From Corallochytrium limacisporum Hawaii (taxonomy: Eukaryota > Protista > Pluriformea): a DNA stretch of 64,000 nucleotides. Of the stretch, positions 44,495-56,574 are shown piece after piece. Where the stretch lies: contig PDIP01000035.1 in the NCBI GenBank assembly GCA_002811645.1, positions 1-64,000 on the forward strand, read 5' to 3'. The notes beneath the pieces are model-generated. The model was given only the letters and a program-made list of their open reading frames with translations. It was not told the DNA's origin and did not search any database. The position numbers and the translations under genes are program-made. The number at the start of each line of letters is the position of its first letter. The first letter of the stretch is position 1.

Positions 44495-47010
44495 TTACAA
44501 TAATTTCAAAGGTGCCGGCTGCCTAGTTCTCTGGTGAATCTCTAACCCATCCTTCGTACAAGAAGTCTAAACTTTGTGAGGAACTGTGCGCTGGCTCTTT
44601 TCTCGGTTTCACTCAGTGGTTCCACACTTACATAAATAAGCATCTCGCTTTCATTCTGATCGTCAGCAATTGATCTTGAATACCCCATTGGACTCGGACT
44701 ATTCAACTCCACTTAAGGCAGCATCATGGGGCGAGCGATAAGAGGAGCCAAAGCATGTTCTTACAGTAGTGGAGCGCAAACCATTCGGTATCGGAAACGC
44801 CAAGAAGACCACCGGCACTCGGCACCGCAGTAAACGATGAGCACATCGAAGCAACCTTAACCTGAGAAGAGTCAGAGAAGTGAGGAAAGGGCCGGCCACC
44901 GGTCTACCTCCCCTCATTCCCGCTCCGGCGGGGTGAGCCAACAGTTGAATGCTGCCGTAGTAGTAAATGAACTGAGGAATCTTTCTAAAGGAACGCATGC
45001 GAACGAAGAACCAGACGAAGCACCTCTCCCCACTTGGCTTAGCAAAGAATGGGGCGGCGCACAGACTGCGCGAGGCCAATTTTTTTTTTTTTGGGTTGGG
45101 TGGCCGTTTGGCAAATCGGGCCAATGGGAATTCACTGAAACTCTTCTCTCTCAGCGCCTCTCTACCGGGGAGTGGGGGGGGGGGGGGGCTGGTGCGTCCC
45201 TTGTCTCTCTTTTTTGTTCAGTGTGCGAGAGGGTGTGTGAGTGTGTGAGAGGGGGAGGAGAGAGATAGAGCCCCAGAGTCAGAGAGAGAGAGAGAAAGAC
45301 AGCAGTTCTTTGGCCGATTGGAGACGGTGTTCTACCCCAGGCTGCTGCACTGCACTTGTCCGAAGCAAAAAGAGAGCGCAGTTTTGTGAGGTGGGGTCCT
45401 GGAGTAGGGGCGGGTGGCGGGCCGGCGTTAGAAGGGGGAGGGGGGGGGCGGGTTAATACAAAAAAAAGGAAAAAAAAGGAACTAAGACCCGTGACTTGGC
45501 ACTTTCTGCCTCTCAACAGAGAGGGACCTAAAAAGGGGAGCCAAGAATTTTGGGAGCGCGAGGGAAGTTTCGAAAATGCGCGAACAAAGACGGGGGAAGG
45601 AGGGTGTACCCGGGAACGCTGAGCGAGAGAACAAGTGTAAAATGTACGGGAAAGGGAGAAGAAAAATTGGGGGTTTCTTCGCGACCCTTCTGTCAATGGT
45701 GGAATTGGGTGGGTTGGGTCCACACCGTCCTGGGTGCGCTGCTGGCGAGGGGGGCGGGAGAGTGAGTCTGTTCGGACGCAGCGCGAGGAGCCGGCCTGTT
45801 CATGAAAAGAAAATATGGAAACCTGATGACCAAAATTTGCATATGTAAAGTACTAAAATAACCGTGGTATATAATCGAACAGGTATATGAGGCTGAGTCA
45901 CCTGACGCACCTCTGTGACACCGTCGGCCGAGAACCCCGGGGGAGGGGGGGGGGAGAGAGGGGACTCCCTTGGGAGCGGGTCAGCCGCCGGCCGGGCGCG
46001 GAGAAGGCCAGTCTTTTTGACCCTTTTTTTTTCTTTACCCTCCCCCTTTTTTTTTTCCTTTTCATTTGCCCCCCTTTTTTTATTCTTTTTTTTCTGGCGC
46101 GCAGGGCCAGATGCAGGGCTTGGACCGGTTCGGTTGTGAAAGTACGGCAGGTGGGTCTCTGGCGACGGAGACCGGGCGCTGACCCGCGGCACGGATCGAA
46201 ACCGCTCAAGAATTCACGTATGCGGGCGGAGCGTAATGTACAGGTGTCTTTGTCGAATGATGCATATATTCAGTAGCAAATGTGTTATAAAAAATACATA
46301 TTTGGAGACTTTGTCCAAATCTACGGCTTCGACCATCGGCGGACCCGTGCAGAGGTCCGTTCGGAGCGGTTGATCGCTCATCTTTCGGCTGTCTTTGCCC
46401 GTTTTTCTTCTTTTGCAGCCGGAAATAGACGTGATCACCTTGGAGTCCATAGTAAAAGTACGCCAACTTTCCAGACAATCCGTCGGCAAGGGAGGAGAGA
46501 GAGCAAGGCCCCGAAGGGGGGGAAGAGGGGGGGAAGGGGGCGGGCGATGCTAGTCCGGCAGCGCAGCAGCGCCTTTTGTTACGCGAAATTGGCCGGAGCA
46601 GAAACGGTGCAAGAGACTTCGGTTGAAAATTTCAGTTTTCTTCTCCTTTCCCTTTTTTTTTTCTTTTCTTTTTTCTTTTTTACAAAATCTATTTCTATTG
46701 CTCTGTACTGTACTTTATTTTTAATGGTACATTCAGTTCCCAAACCCCGAAACATTAGGAAAGGACCAAGACGGGTTCCTCGCGATTTATTTGGCGGCTG
46801 TGTGTGTGCCAATGAGCCCCCGTCCCACATTCTCGGGTTCATCGGGCCCTCTATTGATTGGCAGGGGATTACGCAATTTGCGGTTAAATTAAATAACAAG
46901 GTGTTCAGTTTTTATCTCTCCCCCCCCCCCTTTGCCCCCCGCCACGGACGGGGGGAGTTGTGGGGTTGGAGGCCCAAGAGTGGCTGTGGCTGGACCGAAC
47001 TTCGAAGATT

Positions 47011-47035
47011 GAGAGAGAGAGAGAGAGAGAGAGAG
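47011..47035. repeat. (GA)n microsatellite
   Basis: About 12 GA units. Confidence 0.9.
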
Positions 47036-47647
47036 CCCCGTGGTCCTCTCACTCAACCAGCGCATTATAGCGACTCCCCTTTCGTCCTTTTTGCGCTTGC
47101 CGTCATTGCCGTCTCCCTGGTGCCCAATGGGAAACCGAAGGCCTCGGGGAAGGGGGGAAGGGAAGGGACTGCGCTGACCTCTGCTACACAAACGCGGTGT
47201 GTGTGATGGATGATTAAACGTGGTACTTCCGGGCATGGTGGTTGGGCATTTGGGATGAAAACTCAGAAAACCTGCAGTGTAACCTGGTCTGCCCTGATTT
47301 GTCACATCACATACAATGTAACTGGCTACAGTATGAAGACGAACCAGAGCGGATCACCTGACTGGGATCCGCTTCCGAAGTGACCACAGAGTTCGAATGC
47401 GAAGTCCTCCGTCGGTACCTGGGCAGGAACCAAACTGAGGTCGTCAGCGAGAGTGCCTCAATCAACTGATCGGGAGGAGCAGACACTTCGCGGAAAAGTG
47501 ACGACGGAACGGTCGGCTTGTAGGGACCAGCATCGATTTCACCCTGTCCGGCATTCGGCACTAGGACGGACTGAAGTTGGCGGCTTATTGTACGATAAAA
47601 GTGAGTCATTTAGCACAGGAACAAGAATTCCAGTAAAGGTGGGTTCA

Positions 47648-48483
47648 ATGCGGAGGAGGTTTGTGACTCAAGGAAAGAATCCGATGACCAATGAGAGCGA
47701 GACGGATCGCACTGAAGATTTGGGTGAGGAGTATGGACAGGGCCCTCTCAGTCTGTCGTCTGAAGCCATCCGATCTCTGCAAAGCACTCAAGGATGAGGG
47801 CTTTGACATGGAAACGACGGATGACAAGGGGGAAGCGGAGATTCACAAACTTCTTGAAGAATCTCTTGCAAACATGCGTATCCAGTCCCTGGATCTCAGC
47901 AATTTTGGACTCACAACCCTAACTAGGTGTAAACTGCAATTTGGTCGAAGCCGCGGTCTGTGAACGTCATCACCGGAGCGCGGCATTCCTCTCTAAAGTC
48001 CTTGGCGTCCGCAAAAGAACTCCGCGAACTGCGCTGCATTGGGTGCCGCATTCGTAGTCTTGACGGACTCGATGCCCTAAACCACTTGACGATCTTGCAT
48101 GCTCAGGGGAATAGTATTGACAACCTGGAGCCTTTGGAGAAATTGAGAAAGTTGACTGAACTTCGCTTGGATGGCAATCGTGTACGGGACATTACACGCT
48201 TGAATCAGTTATCCGCATTGACGTCGCTAGATCTCACCGGGAACAAGGAGCTAGTTATGATAATGCTGCCATCGGGACTAAGTATATTGAACGTTTCTTA
48301 TTGCGGCCTCACAGCCGGGGCGGCCATCGAGACTGCCTTGGGAGCTTTGCCCAAATTGGAGGAGGTCGATCTCTGAAGAACGCGCTCTTCAGTTCCATCG
48401 ACAAGAAATTTGAACTGACAAGTCTCCTGGTCACCGTCGATCAAACCAATCCAGTCGCCGTCCTGCTTACCACCCGTGAATGA
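47648..48483 (+). pseudogene. SDS22-like leucine-rich-repeat gene, LRRC46-like, frameshifted
   Basis: LRR motifs spread over successive frames; inferred shifts near 47775, 47930 and 48375 (LEEVDL/SKNAL). Confidence 0.75.
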
Positions 48484-49248
48484 TCACATTCCTAATCCAC
48501 CAGTGACCTCCAAAGTCGTACCCGTAATGTATCCTGCCTGTTTACTGGAGAGGAACGTGCATGCACTTGCAATGTCGCCCGGTTGACCAATACGGCCCAA
48601 TGGCACCGCAGCCAACATTTGGTTCATTACCTTCTCCGGCACGACGTCTGTCATCGGTGTCTTGATAAACCCGGGTAAAATACAGTTCACCCTAGTGTTA
48701 ACGCGGCCCATTTCCCTGGCGACTGTCTTGGTCATGCTAATGACAGCACCCTTTGATGCCGAGTAGTTGGCCTGCCCGATGTTTCCCATCTTTGCTACAA
48801 TACTGGAGATGTTTACTATGGCTCTCTCCTCATCCCCAAGAGCCTTATCCTTCAATCTGGTATCCAAGAGGCGTGCCAGCTCCCGCATCATAAGCCAGGT
48901 GCCCTTTGCATTGACGTCCATCACGTCATCCCAAGACTTGACAGACTGGCGGACCAGCAGAGCATCTCTGGTTATTCCAGCTCCATTGATGATAATACTG
49001 GGCGGGACTCCGTCGTGTTCCGAACAGGCACGGTCAAATATCTGTTTCACGGACTCTTCGCTACCTACATCGAGATCATGGAGCCTGATCGCACTAGCAC
49101 CTCCAAACACGTCACTTCCGGTGGCCTTCAGATCAGCAGCGTACACGGTACTGGCGCCACAGGAGACCAGAGCTCTACAGACTGCCTGGCCGATGCCTCC
49201 CGTGGCACCGGTGACAATTGCGGTTTTACCAACCAATGAGAGTCCCAT
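48484..49248 (-). CDS. HSD17B8: SDR 3-oxoacyl-ACP reductase (HSD17B8/FabG-like)
   Basis: TGATGGIG, PPSIIINGAGITRD, NISSIV...GNIGQANYSASK, LPGFIKTPMT, EVTGGL; ATG at 49248. Confidence 0.85.
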   Translation of the reverse strand: MGLSLVGKTAIVTGATGGIGQAVCRALVSCGASTVYAADLKATGSDVFGGASAIRLHDLDVGSEESVKQIFDRACSEHDGVPPSIIINGAGITRDALLVRQSVKSWDDVMDVNAKGTWLMMRELARLLDTRLKDKALGDEERAIVNISSIVAKMGNIGQANYSASKGAVISMTKTVAREMGRVNTRVNCILPGFIKTPMTDVVPEKVMNQMLAAVPLGRIGQPGDIASACTFLSSKQAGYITGTTLEVTGGLGM

Positions 49249-49970
49249 ATTCAACACTGCTGTCTACCTACTGATAACTTAATCCATTCTCTAAGGATCC
49301 ATATCTTGCGCACTGACCGATCAGGCTGATATACCCGGCATAGGAACATCAAAACAGTGAATCCGTACGGGGGACCGAAATACAGCCAGCAGCATTGTAA
49401 TTGATGTTTCTGGGGAGGGGGAGTGATACGTAAAATCAATATTATGGATATCGTTCAAAATCGACAAAATGCATGGAAATGTGGTTGTATCATCATCATG
49501 AGGCAGGGCTTCCCTTCTACGCAGGCACATGCCATGTTAAAAACGTTAGCCAGCCCAGTCCCAAAGGCCCCAACAGTGTCAGCAATACCAAAGGATGCGG
49601 TCAGCATGCTTGGATGGACGTCTACTGTTGCCAAAAACAACAGTACACATTCCCATTCCAGAGCAACTACTACGGGACGAACAGAGGCCAATGGGCTCGC
49701 CATGGGTGCGCTGGTGCGTGCCTGGTTGGCTTTCCCGTTATCACAAAACCGAGTGTCCTCTTGGCCGACGCAGTCCGCATTAGTCGGTTCCTTATCACTC
49801 CCGTCCGTCTTTGGGGACAACTCTCCCGTTCCCAGTGCACCCCTTTGTCATTCCACTGCGCGCACCACCGCCGGGCACAGCCGACCAATCGAGGAGGCAC
49901 AGGGATGCAAAACACGCAGGAGAGTGTAGGGACCCAGGAACAAACCCCCCGTCCAACCGCCCCCCCCCCA

Positions 49971-50202
49971 NNNNNNNNNNNNNNNNNNNNNNNNNNNNNN
50001 NNNNNNNNNNNNNNNNNNNNNNNNNNNNNNNNNNNNNNNNNNNNNNNNNNNNNNNNNNNNNNNNNNNNNNNNNNNNNNNNNNNNNNNNNNNNNNNNNNNN
50101 NNNNNNNNNNNNNNNNNNNNNNNNNNNNNNNNNNNNNNNNNNNNNNNNNNNNNNNNNNNNNNNNNNNNNNNNNNNNNNNNNNNNNNNNNNNNNNNNNNNN
50201 NN
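49971..50202. other. Assembly gap (232 N) between C-rich tracts
   Basis: N run flanked by poly-C on both sides. Confidence 0.95.
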
Positions 50203-52677
50203 CCCACCCCCACCTCCGGACCCCGCAACAGCAGCCAAGCTGCATCAAATAACAGAAGACATCTCCATATCGAATATGTCCTACATATGGCATTGCTGTC
50301 AATATCCAATATACTAGATATCATCACTAATGAATACATCTCTGACTTATCTGTGTGTCAAAATCGTGCGCTGGTGGATTCTTGGTACGCTGGTGACCCT
50401 GCATGGCTAGGGCCTGAGAGCGGCGTTGTCGGTATTGAGAGTACCTGAACTCCGCGGGACCGCCAGGCCCTCAAAGGAGTAGTGCGAGGTGATTCAAGCG
50501 GTTCCCTCCTCCCTTTCTCGCCACAGAGTCCATGTGTACTGGGTCTCCGGGTCCCGGCTGGGAAACTGCCCGTCCTTGTTGGTATGCATTTTGTACGGAA
50601 GCTGCGAACTTTGCGTAGTCCGAGCTCGCTTCAACATTTCTTCCCGGTGTGATTTCTTCGTGTTCCAGGATTTCTTACTTGGCCCTCCTTGCTTTGTTTT
50701 GCATTTTCGAAAGCAACCGTCAATGTAGGGAATATGTATGGGGTGCAGATCGACATAAGGAGCGGGAAAGCGGCAGGAATAGGCCGAGTGAAAAGACGGA
50801 CCTCTTTTTCGCTGTCTCTCTCTCCTCTCTGGTTCCTTTTTCCCTTTGTTTCCCTTGTCCTTGTTCAGAATCCCTTAATAGCGCGCAGACAGACTGACGA
50901 TAAAACAGCGCCGCCACCCCCCCCCTCCCCGGGGGAGCTCAGCAGAAAAAAAAAAAGAACAAAAAGAAAAAAGGAGAGGCCACGTTCAGCTGCTGCCAAT
51001 GAAAAAGAATACCAAAAAAAAGGGGGGCAGCCCAAGCACATGGGGGCGAAGCCGGTAACAGTAGTGACCTCAATCGAGCACACCGGGGAAACGCAGAAGA
51101 ACCCCACCCAGGAGTCCAGATTACACGGCGGTACCCACACATTCCGTACGTACTGCAGCAGTACCTGCGTATGGTCACAGATATCCACTCTTGTGCATGC
51201 TGTGTACATGGTTTTCTGGTGTCCTATGGTAGCAGTGGTGCTCTTGCGCCGATACATGTAGTGGTGTTCATTTAGGTATTCATTGAGTATCACTGAATGG
51301 GGAACTGTGGAAGGAGCCGGGAGTCGTAGCAATGGGTGACGTGGCCGCAACATGCGAGTCGGTCTGTACAGATTTCGTTCAGCAAACAGCGGAAGCACAT
51401 GTTCGGGATTGGTCGTGGAGGCCAGTATGTTGGGAACTGACTCACCAGTACCTTAGAAGTGGACACCTATTATGTTCTGTGTCTTGTGATCGCTTCCCAG
51501 TCCTGGGTTCCGCACGCCTGCCTTCCGGTCGTCGTCGTCTCTCCAATGCAATTAAGCGCGTCGTCGTCCGCACAGGAGCCCCACGGAAGAGGAACTCACC
51601 CAACTCCCACAGCCACGGCCACCACGGCATTTTCCTTTTTTTTTTTCGTCTTTCGTTGTCCTTTGCTTAAACCCCTGTTCACTCCCTCCCTTTCCTTTCC
51701 TCGTTTTCTTCTTGTTCTTCTTTCTCCTATTTTTGCACCAGCATGTGATAGATAGGGAACGGAAGCAAGCGACGGCACCGGAAGACGGAGGTGAAGAAAA
51801 CAAAGGGAGCCAGGGTCACACTGGTTAGGAGTGGGGAAGTGTCGTTGGGGGATGAGAACCCCGAAGAAAAGGAAGTCGGCTGATGTGCGTCTTCGGCGTG
51901 CGCTGGATTCGCAGTCCTGCATACCCAAGTAGAACTCCACACCCAACTGCTTTTCCACTCGTGTGCCTTCTGGTGGGTAGGAGAGGGGAGTGTTTCCTTT
52001 TGGCCACCACCAGAGACAAACCCCAGCGGTGGCTGTACACACAGCTTGCGGAGTGTGTGCAAGCAGAAAAAGCTACGGAACCACTCAGGTGCCCGAAGAA
52101 AGCGGTGGTTCATAATGCACGGCAAAAAGAGAAGGGGGAAGAATGGAGGCCAAATTTTCTATTACACCTCCCCCCCCTCCCTTCCGGGGCCTTTCCCAAC
52201 ATGGCCGTCTAGACAAAGTTGAGGGGTATATTGAGACTATGGAGAGTGCCCACGGGAAAGGAATGAAACGGCAAGGAATGTAATGCCCAAGGGGTGTGCA
52301 CTTGCAGAGGCCACCACCAGCAGGCTCCGGTGGGTACCCAGTAAAGGGGGTGTGGTGCTGATGGAGGCCGACCACGGCAAGCCCAAAGTCTTGGCCCAGC
52401 TCGAGCCTTCTCTTGGGCCCTTTGAAGCGATACCCGGGTGATGAAGTTCTTATTGCTGTTGTGATGTTTAGAACTTGAGCTTTATTTAGGGAACGAATGA
52501 CTTGGAAATGAGTATCCTGTTGGTGCTCGATCATGGTAGTTCAGACGGATAAAGAATTCGAAAATACACGCCAGGAGTGTTGACTTTGCTCGACCACCTA
52601 GTATTTGAGTCCGAAAATCAAGCTTTGTTTCATTTAAAGAAGTGCGTTCGAGCACGTAAGAGAACACAGTCTTCACC

Positions 52678-54177
52678 ATGGCTGACGACGACTTTAGCTT
52701 TGAGGATGTTATTTTTGGTTCCAATTCCGGGCGCAATGGCCAAAACGGAGGACAAAAAGGTTACAACTGGCGTGCACCAAACGTTCCGGAGGTGGCTGTA
52801 GATGAAGAGCGAGACACCCTGGAGGATGATATTGCTAGTCTGCGCCCGAACTTCGGGACAATGTCCAGTGGACCTGGACGTCGTGTTCGGCACGCAAGTA
52901 CGACCGTTATGGAAGATGGGGGACATGAAAGGGCAGCAGGTCTTCTAGGAACTGACGTCAAGAAGGATCGCCGCCGTAGTGGTATGGACTACATGAAAGG
53001 TCGAAGCCGGGACAGCTCTTACGACCGTCACCGCAGTCGGGAAAGCAGCCGGGAGCGTCGCCACAACCGGAGGGTAAGCAATGACCCAAACCAACGTAGT
53101 GAGCATGTCATTCTGGTTACCAATGTGAAGGGCGTGTCAAAGAATGACCTCGTTGAGTTTACGGAACGTAAGTGTGGAAAATTGCGGATGGCATCTTTGT
53201 TGGAGGGTCAAGACTTCGGATTTTTGCAGTTTTTGAATGACGAGAGCGTTGCACGTGCTCTCAAGGACTTGCATGGCGCTGAGTTTTTGGGCAAACGTGT
53301 GAGTGCAGAGCGGGTGCCTCATATTACTCCTGGTGTGGATCCTCGCAAATCTGTTAGTTCTGACTACGCGAAGAACAACGCTATTGTTATCAAAAACTTG
53401 CCATTTAATATGACCGAATCGGAGGTGCACGACGTGCTGAACTCTACTGAGGGTGCACCAAGGGCTCGGGACATCCAGTTGCACTATGACAACTCCCACC
53501 AGTTCCGCGGCATGGTGTTCGTAGTTTATGATTCTATTGAGGATGCGGAAAAGGCATACACTGCGATCAGTGGTCTTGATGTCGGTGGACGTGCTGTCCG
53601 CTGCGAGTACAAGAAGACCAATGCGCTCCGCCAGAGCTCGTTGGCTAACATCAGCTTGTCCGCAAACGACGACTATGAACCCCCTGATGATGAGTGCCGC
53701 AAGATCTGGCTGCAGCTGCAGAAATTTGCCCAGGGACCTTCTCATCATCTGGACTTCCCTTCATTCCTGTCGGCTGAGCAGCGTCGCCAGATTCATATTA
53801 TGGCCATCAAGCTTGGTCTCAACCACCAGAGCCAAGGTGAGGGAGATGAGCGTTTTATTATGGTGTGGAAGCCCGATAGCTCTCACGATGGCGGCTTGAG
53901 TGTGTCAGCTGGTGCAAGGGACATTCCTGGTCGGTCCCGTTCCACTGACGGGGGTCACAGGAACAACAATCGCCTCAGCGCAAACGTCAAGGGAAGCACA
54001 GACTACTTGAGCACCTCGCCAAAGGGTGGACGAAGCCGGACGGGAAGTGAAACGCATAGCCCTGTCGGAAGCTGGCGGAACAACATGCTTATGAACGAGC
54101 CTCGGATTCAGCCCGTTCGCCAGCCGATTGGACCTGATGGTTCCATTGGTTTCCGCATTCGTCGCAGTGGCTTCTAG
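52678..54177 (+). CDS. RRM-RRM-R3H RNA-binding protein (Pin4/Cip1-like) with SUZ-C-like tail
   Basis: AIVIKNLPFN, FRGMVFV, R3H FPSFLSAEQRRQIH...LGLNH.S.GEG.ER, PVRQPIGPDG. Confidence 0.88.
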   Translation: MADDDFSFEDVIFGSNSGRNGQNGGQKGYNWRAPNVPEVAVDEERDTLEDDIASLRPNFGTMSSGPGRRVRHASTTVMEDGGHERAAGLLGTDVKKDRRRSGMDYMKGRSRDSSYDRHRSRESSRERRHNRRVSNDPNQRSEHVILVTNVKGVSKNDLVEFTERKCGKLRMASLLEGQDFGFLQFLNDESVARALKDLHGAEFLGKRVSAERVPHITPGVDPRKSVSSDYAKNNAIVIKNLPFNMTESEVHDVLNSTEGAPRARDIQLHYDNSHQFRGMVFVVYDSIEDAEKAYTAISGLDVGGRAVRCEYKKTNALRQSSLANISLSANDDYEPPDDECRKIWLQLQKFAQGPSHHLDFPSFLSAEQRRQIHIMAIKLGLNHQSQGEGDERFIMVWKPDSSHDGGLSVSAGARDIPGRSRSTDGGHRNNNRLSANVKGSTDYLSTSPKGGRSRTGSETHSPVGSWRNNMLMNEPRIQPVRQPIGPDGSIGFRIRRSGF

Positions 54178-54548
54178 ACCCAAAACACAGTTCGCCAGTT
54201 CAGAAAACTTAAAAACGAAATGGATGTTCGCCCGAAAATAATCTTTTAATGAATACCGTAAATACATGACTTGCCCAATCATAGTTACACGTGAACGCTC
54301 AGTGCTGCAGCGACGGTTCCTGACTCCTCGGTAGACCACTGTCCATCACAAAGTGTGTATTCTCCCCCTCCCGATCCCGCTGTCGGGACCCTTCACTACT
54401 TGCCCAGGCCAGGGGGAGGCTTCTAGAACAACTGTGGTGCGGACTGGCCCGGTAGGCTATTTAAGGTCTTCGCAATATCGAGACGACACTTCTATCGAAA
54501 TCCAGTCTCTATGCTATCACAACGCTACGGGACTTGTTAAAGAAGACC

Positions 54549-56126
54549 ATGGTGGAAATAACAGATGTTAAAGCAACAGCGGAGGCCGTCCACCAGTCAC
54601 TCAAGATCGGAGGCAAGGCCGCATTGCAAACGTTGCAGACATTGAACACCTTTACGACAGCCAGGAATCAGAAAATAGCAGAGTTGTACAAGGAACTGGC
54701 TACTATTCCCACAGAGGATCTGTTCAGCACACTGGAATACTCGGAAGAATTTCAATGGGATATTGCAAAGGAAAGTTGCAAGGTATTGGAAGCAGTAGTG
54801 AACTACATAGATGCAGATCTCCTGCTTGGTCAATACCGATCCTTCCTCACAACTGGATCTCAACATGAGCTCGCCGAAGTGCGAAATCTGGTCCTCAGCA
54901 TAGCAATCAAGATGGCTCAGTCAGAACAAGACTTTGACAAGGCGGAGAAAGCAGGTTTCTTGTCCGAGTGCTTGTGTCTCACTATTGATTCGGCACCTGA
55001 AGTACACAAGAAAGCATGCCAAGACTTCGTTCAGTCCCTAATCGCCAGAGAGTGGGGTCGCGATTATCTCTTTCGTAATGATATTCAAGACGAATTGCTG
55101 GAAATTCTTCAAGATGACTCTTCTGCGAGATTGCGAATCTATGTGACTCTGACAAATATCATAGCCCAGGACGGTGGTATGGGCGTAGGGGACATGATTT
55201 CGTCCTCCAGGTATATCTCACAAGCATTGCTTGGAGATTTGCGGTCGGATGATGTACTTTTGAAGACAGCATTGATTGAGGAACTCTCGACAATGGGATC
55301 GACCACAGCAGGATACCAGTGGTTGAAGACTTCGGGAATACTAGAGATTGTCTACAATACCTTCGGAGATGATGTTGATCCTTTAAATCAGATGCTGATG
55401 GTTCCTGTGGCATGGTCCTTCCTCTCAAGTCTTGCATATGCCGGGTTTCAAGAGGCTCTGCAAGACATGGTATCCCATAACGTAGGACAGCGCCTTGGCC
55501 ACAGCCTGCAGGACAGCAATCAATCGACTGCGGGCAGGGCACTGACATTCGGGTGCTTGGTCATGGGGCAGCAGGGTTACTTCGAGGCCATCGTGAAGAC
55601 AACGCCAGGCTTAGATCGAGTTCTTGTTGAACGCATGCGGACACTGCTGTTTGGCCCAGATCCCGAAATACGTGCGGATGGAATGAAGACATTTGCGCTA
55701 ACGTTTGAAAACACTGAACCCATTACCGGACCAACTCCGATCGACGTTCGTGTGCAGTTTTTGCAGGCTGTCTTTCAGGGTAAGGGCGATGCTATGACAT
55801 GGATGACCAAACAGCTGAGTCACCCGATAGATAACCTCCGCGATGCCACCCTGCGGTTCATGCTCGCTTTTGCACAGTACAAGCAAGGTCGCACAGCAAT
55901 CGGCGGCACCGCTGGTTTTGTGGAATTAATTACATCGAGAACTGGCAATTTTAGCAAGCTACAAAAGGAGCGCAAGCACACGTTGGTTGGCCTGCTTCTC
56001 CGTGCAGGAGATGCCGAGGAGTTGTTCGGCAAAGCAGCCCGCGACCAGATGTCTGTATTTTATGACGAGGGGCCCTACAAAGGGCCTGATCACAGCCTCC
56101 ATGTCGGTGTCATGGGTGCCACATAG
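54549..56126 (+). CDS. PSMD5: 26S proteasome assembly chaperone S5b/Hsm3
   Basis: ARM-like; RLRIY, DDVLL....IE.L.......G...L...GI, GFVE....R, C-terminal EGPY; ATG at 54549. Confidence 0.8.
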   Translation: MVEITDVKATAEAVHQSLKIGGKAALQTLQTLNTFTTARNQKIAELYKELATIPTEDLFSTLEYSEEFQWDIAKESCKVLEAVVNYIDADLLLGQYRSFLTTGSQHELAEVRNLVLSIAIKMAQSEQDFDKAEKAGFLSECLCLTIDSAPEVHKKACQDFVQSLIAREWGRDYLFRNDIQDELLEILQDDSSARLRIYVTLTNIIAQDGGMGVGDMISSSRYISQALLGDLRSDDVLLKTALIEELSTMGSTTAGYQWLKTSGILEIVYNTFGDDVDPLNQMLMVPVAWSFLSSLAYAGFQEALQDMVSHNVGQRLGHSLQDSNQSTAGRALTFGCLVMGQQGYFEAIVKTTPGLDRVLVERMRTLLFGPDPEIRADGMKTFALTFENTEPITGPTPIDVRVQFLQAVFQGKGDAMTWMTKQLSHPIDNLRDATLRFMLAFAQYKQGRTAIGGTAGFVELITSRTGNFSKLQKERKHTLVGLLLRAGDAEELFGKAARDQMSVFYDEGPYKGPDHSLHVGVMGAT

Positions 56127-56574
56127 ATAGCCTAAACATCGTACAGATCGGTTCAATACAATAAACATATAAATTATAGCAGCCCTGGCATGCAGGACCC
56201 TATTGAATGGGTTGCCAACTGTCCAGCCGTACGCATCAATCACTTTTGTCAATCTTTGGGCGCCAGCAGTGCAGGCTTCCCCTTCCCCCCCGACTTCCGT
56301 CCCCCCGACACTAGCCCCGAAAACGACGGTTTGTTGAGTATTGAGCGGCAGTCTGTACGCTTGGAAGCTCGTCCGCCCCTCGAGACTGTAGGCGGTGCCG
56401 GGTTTCCTCCCCTTCCCAGGCTTGACTGTGGCCACCATCGGGACGATCCGGAGGGGTTTCGTGGCGCTCTGCATGTTGGACAGCTTGCTGAGCCGGTGGC
56501 CACGGGTGGATGATTTTCAGTTAGGTAGAAGAATTAGCACTCCAAGAACTCACAAATCCGCCACGCTAGGTAGT

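Noticed and set aside
44699-47305. Multiple 70-308 aa ORFs
   Set aside because: Low-complexity translations of homopolymer tracts, mostly without ATG starts.
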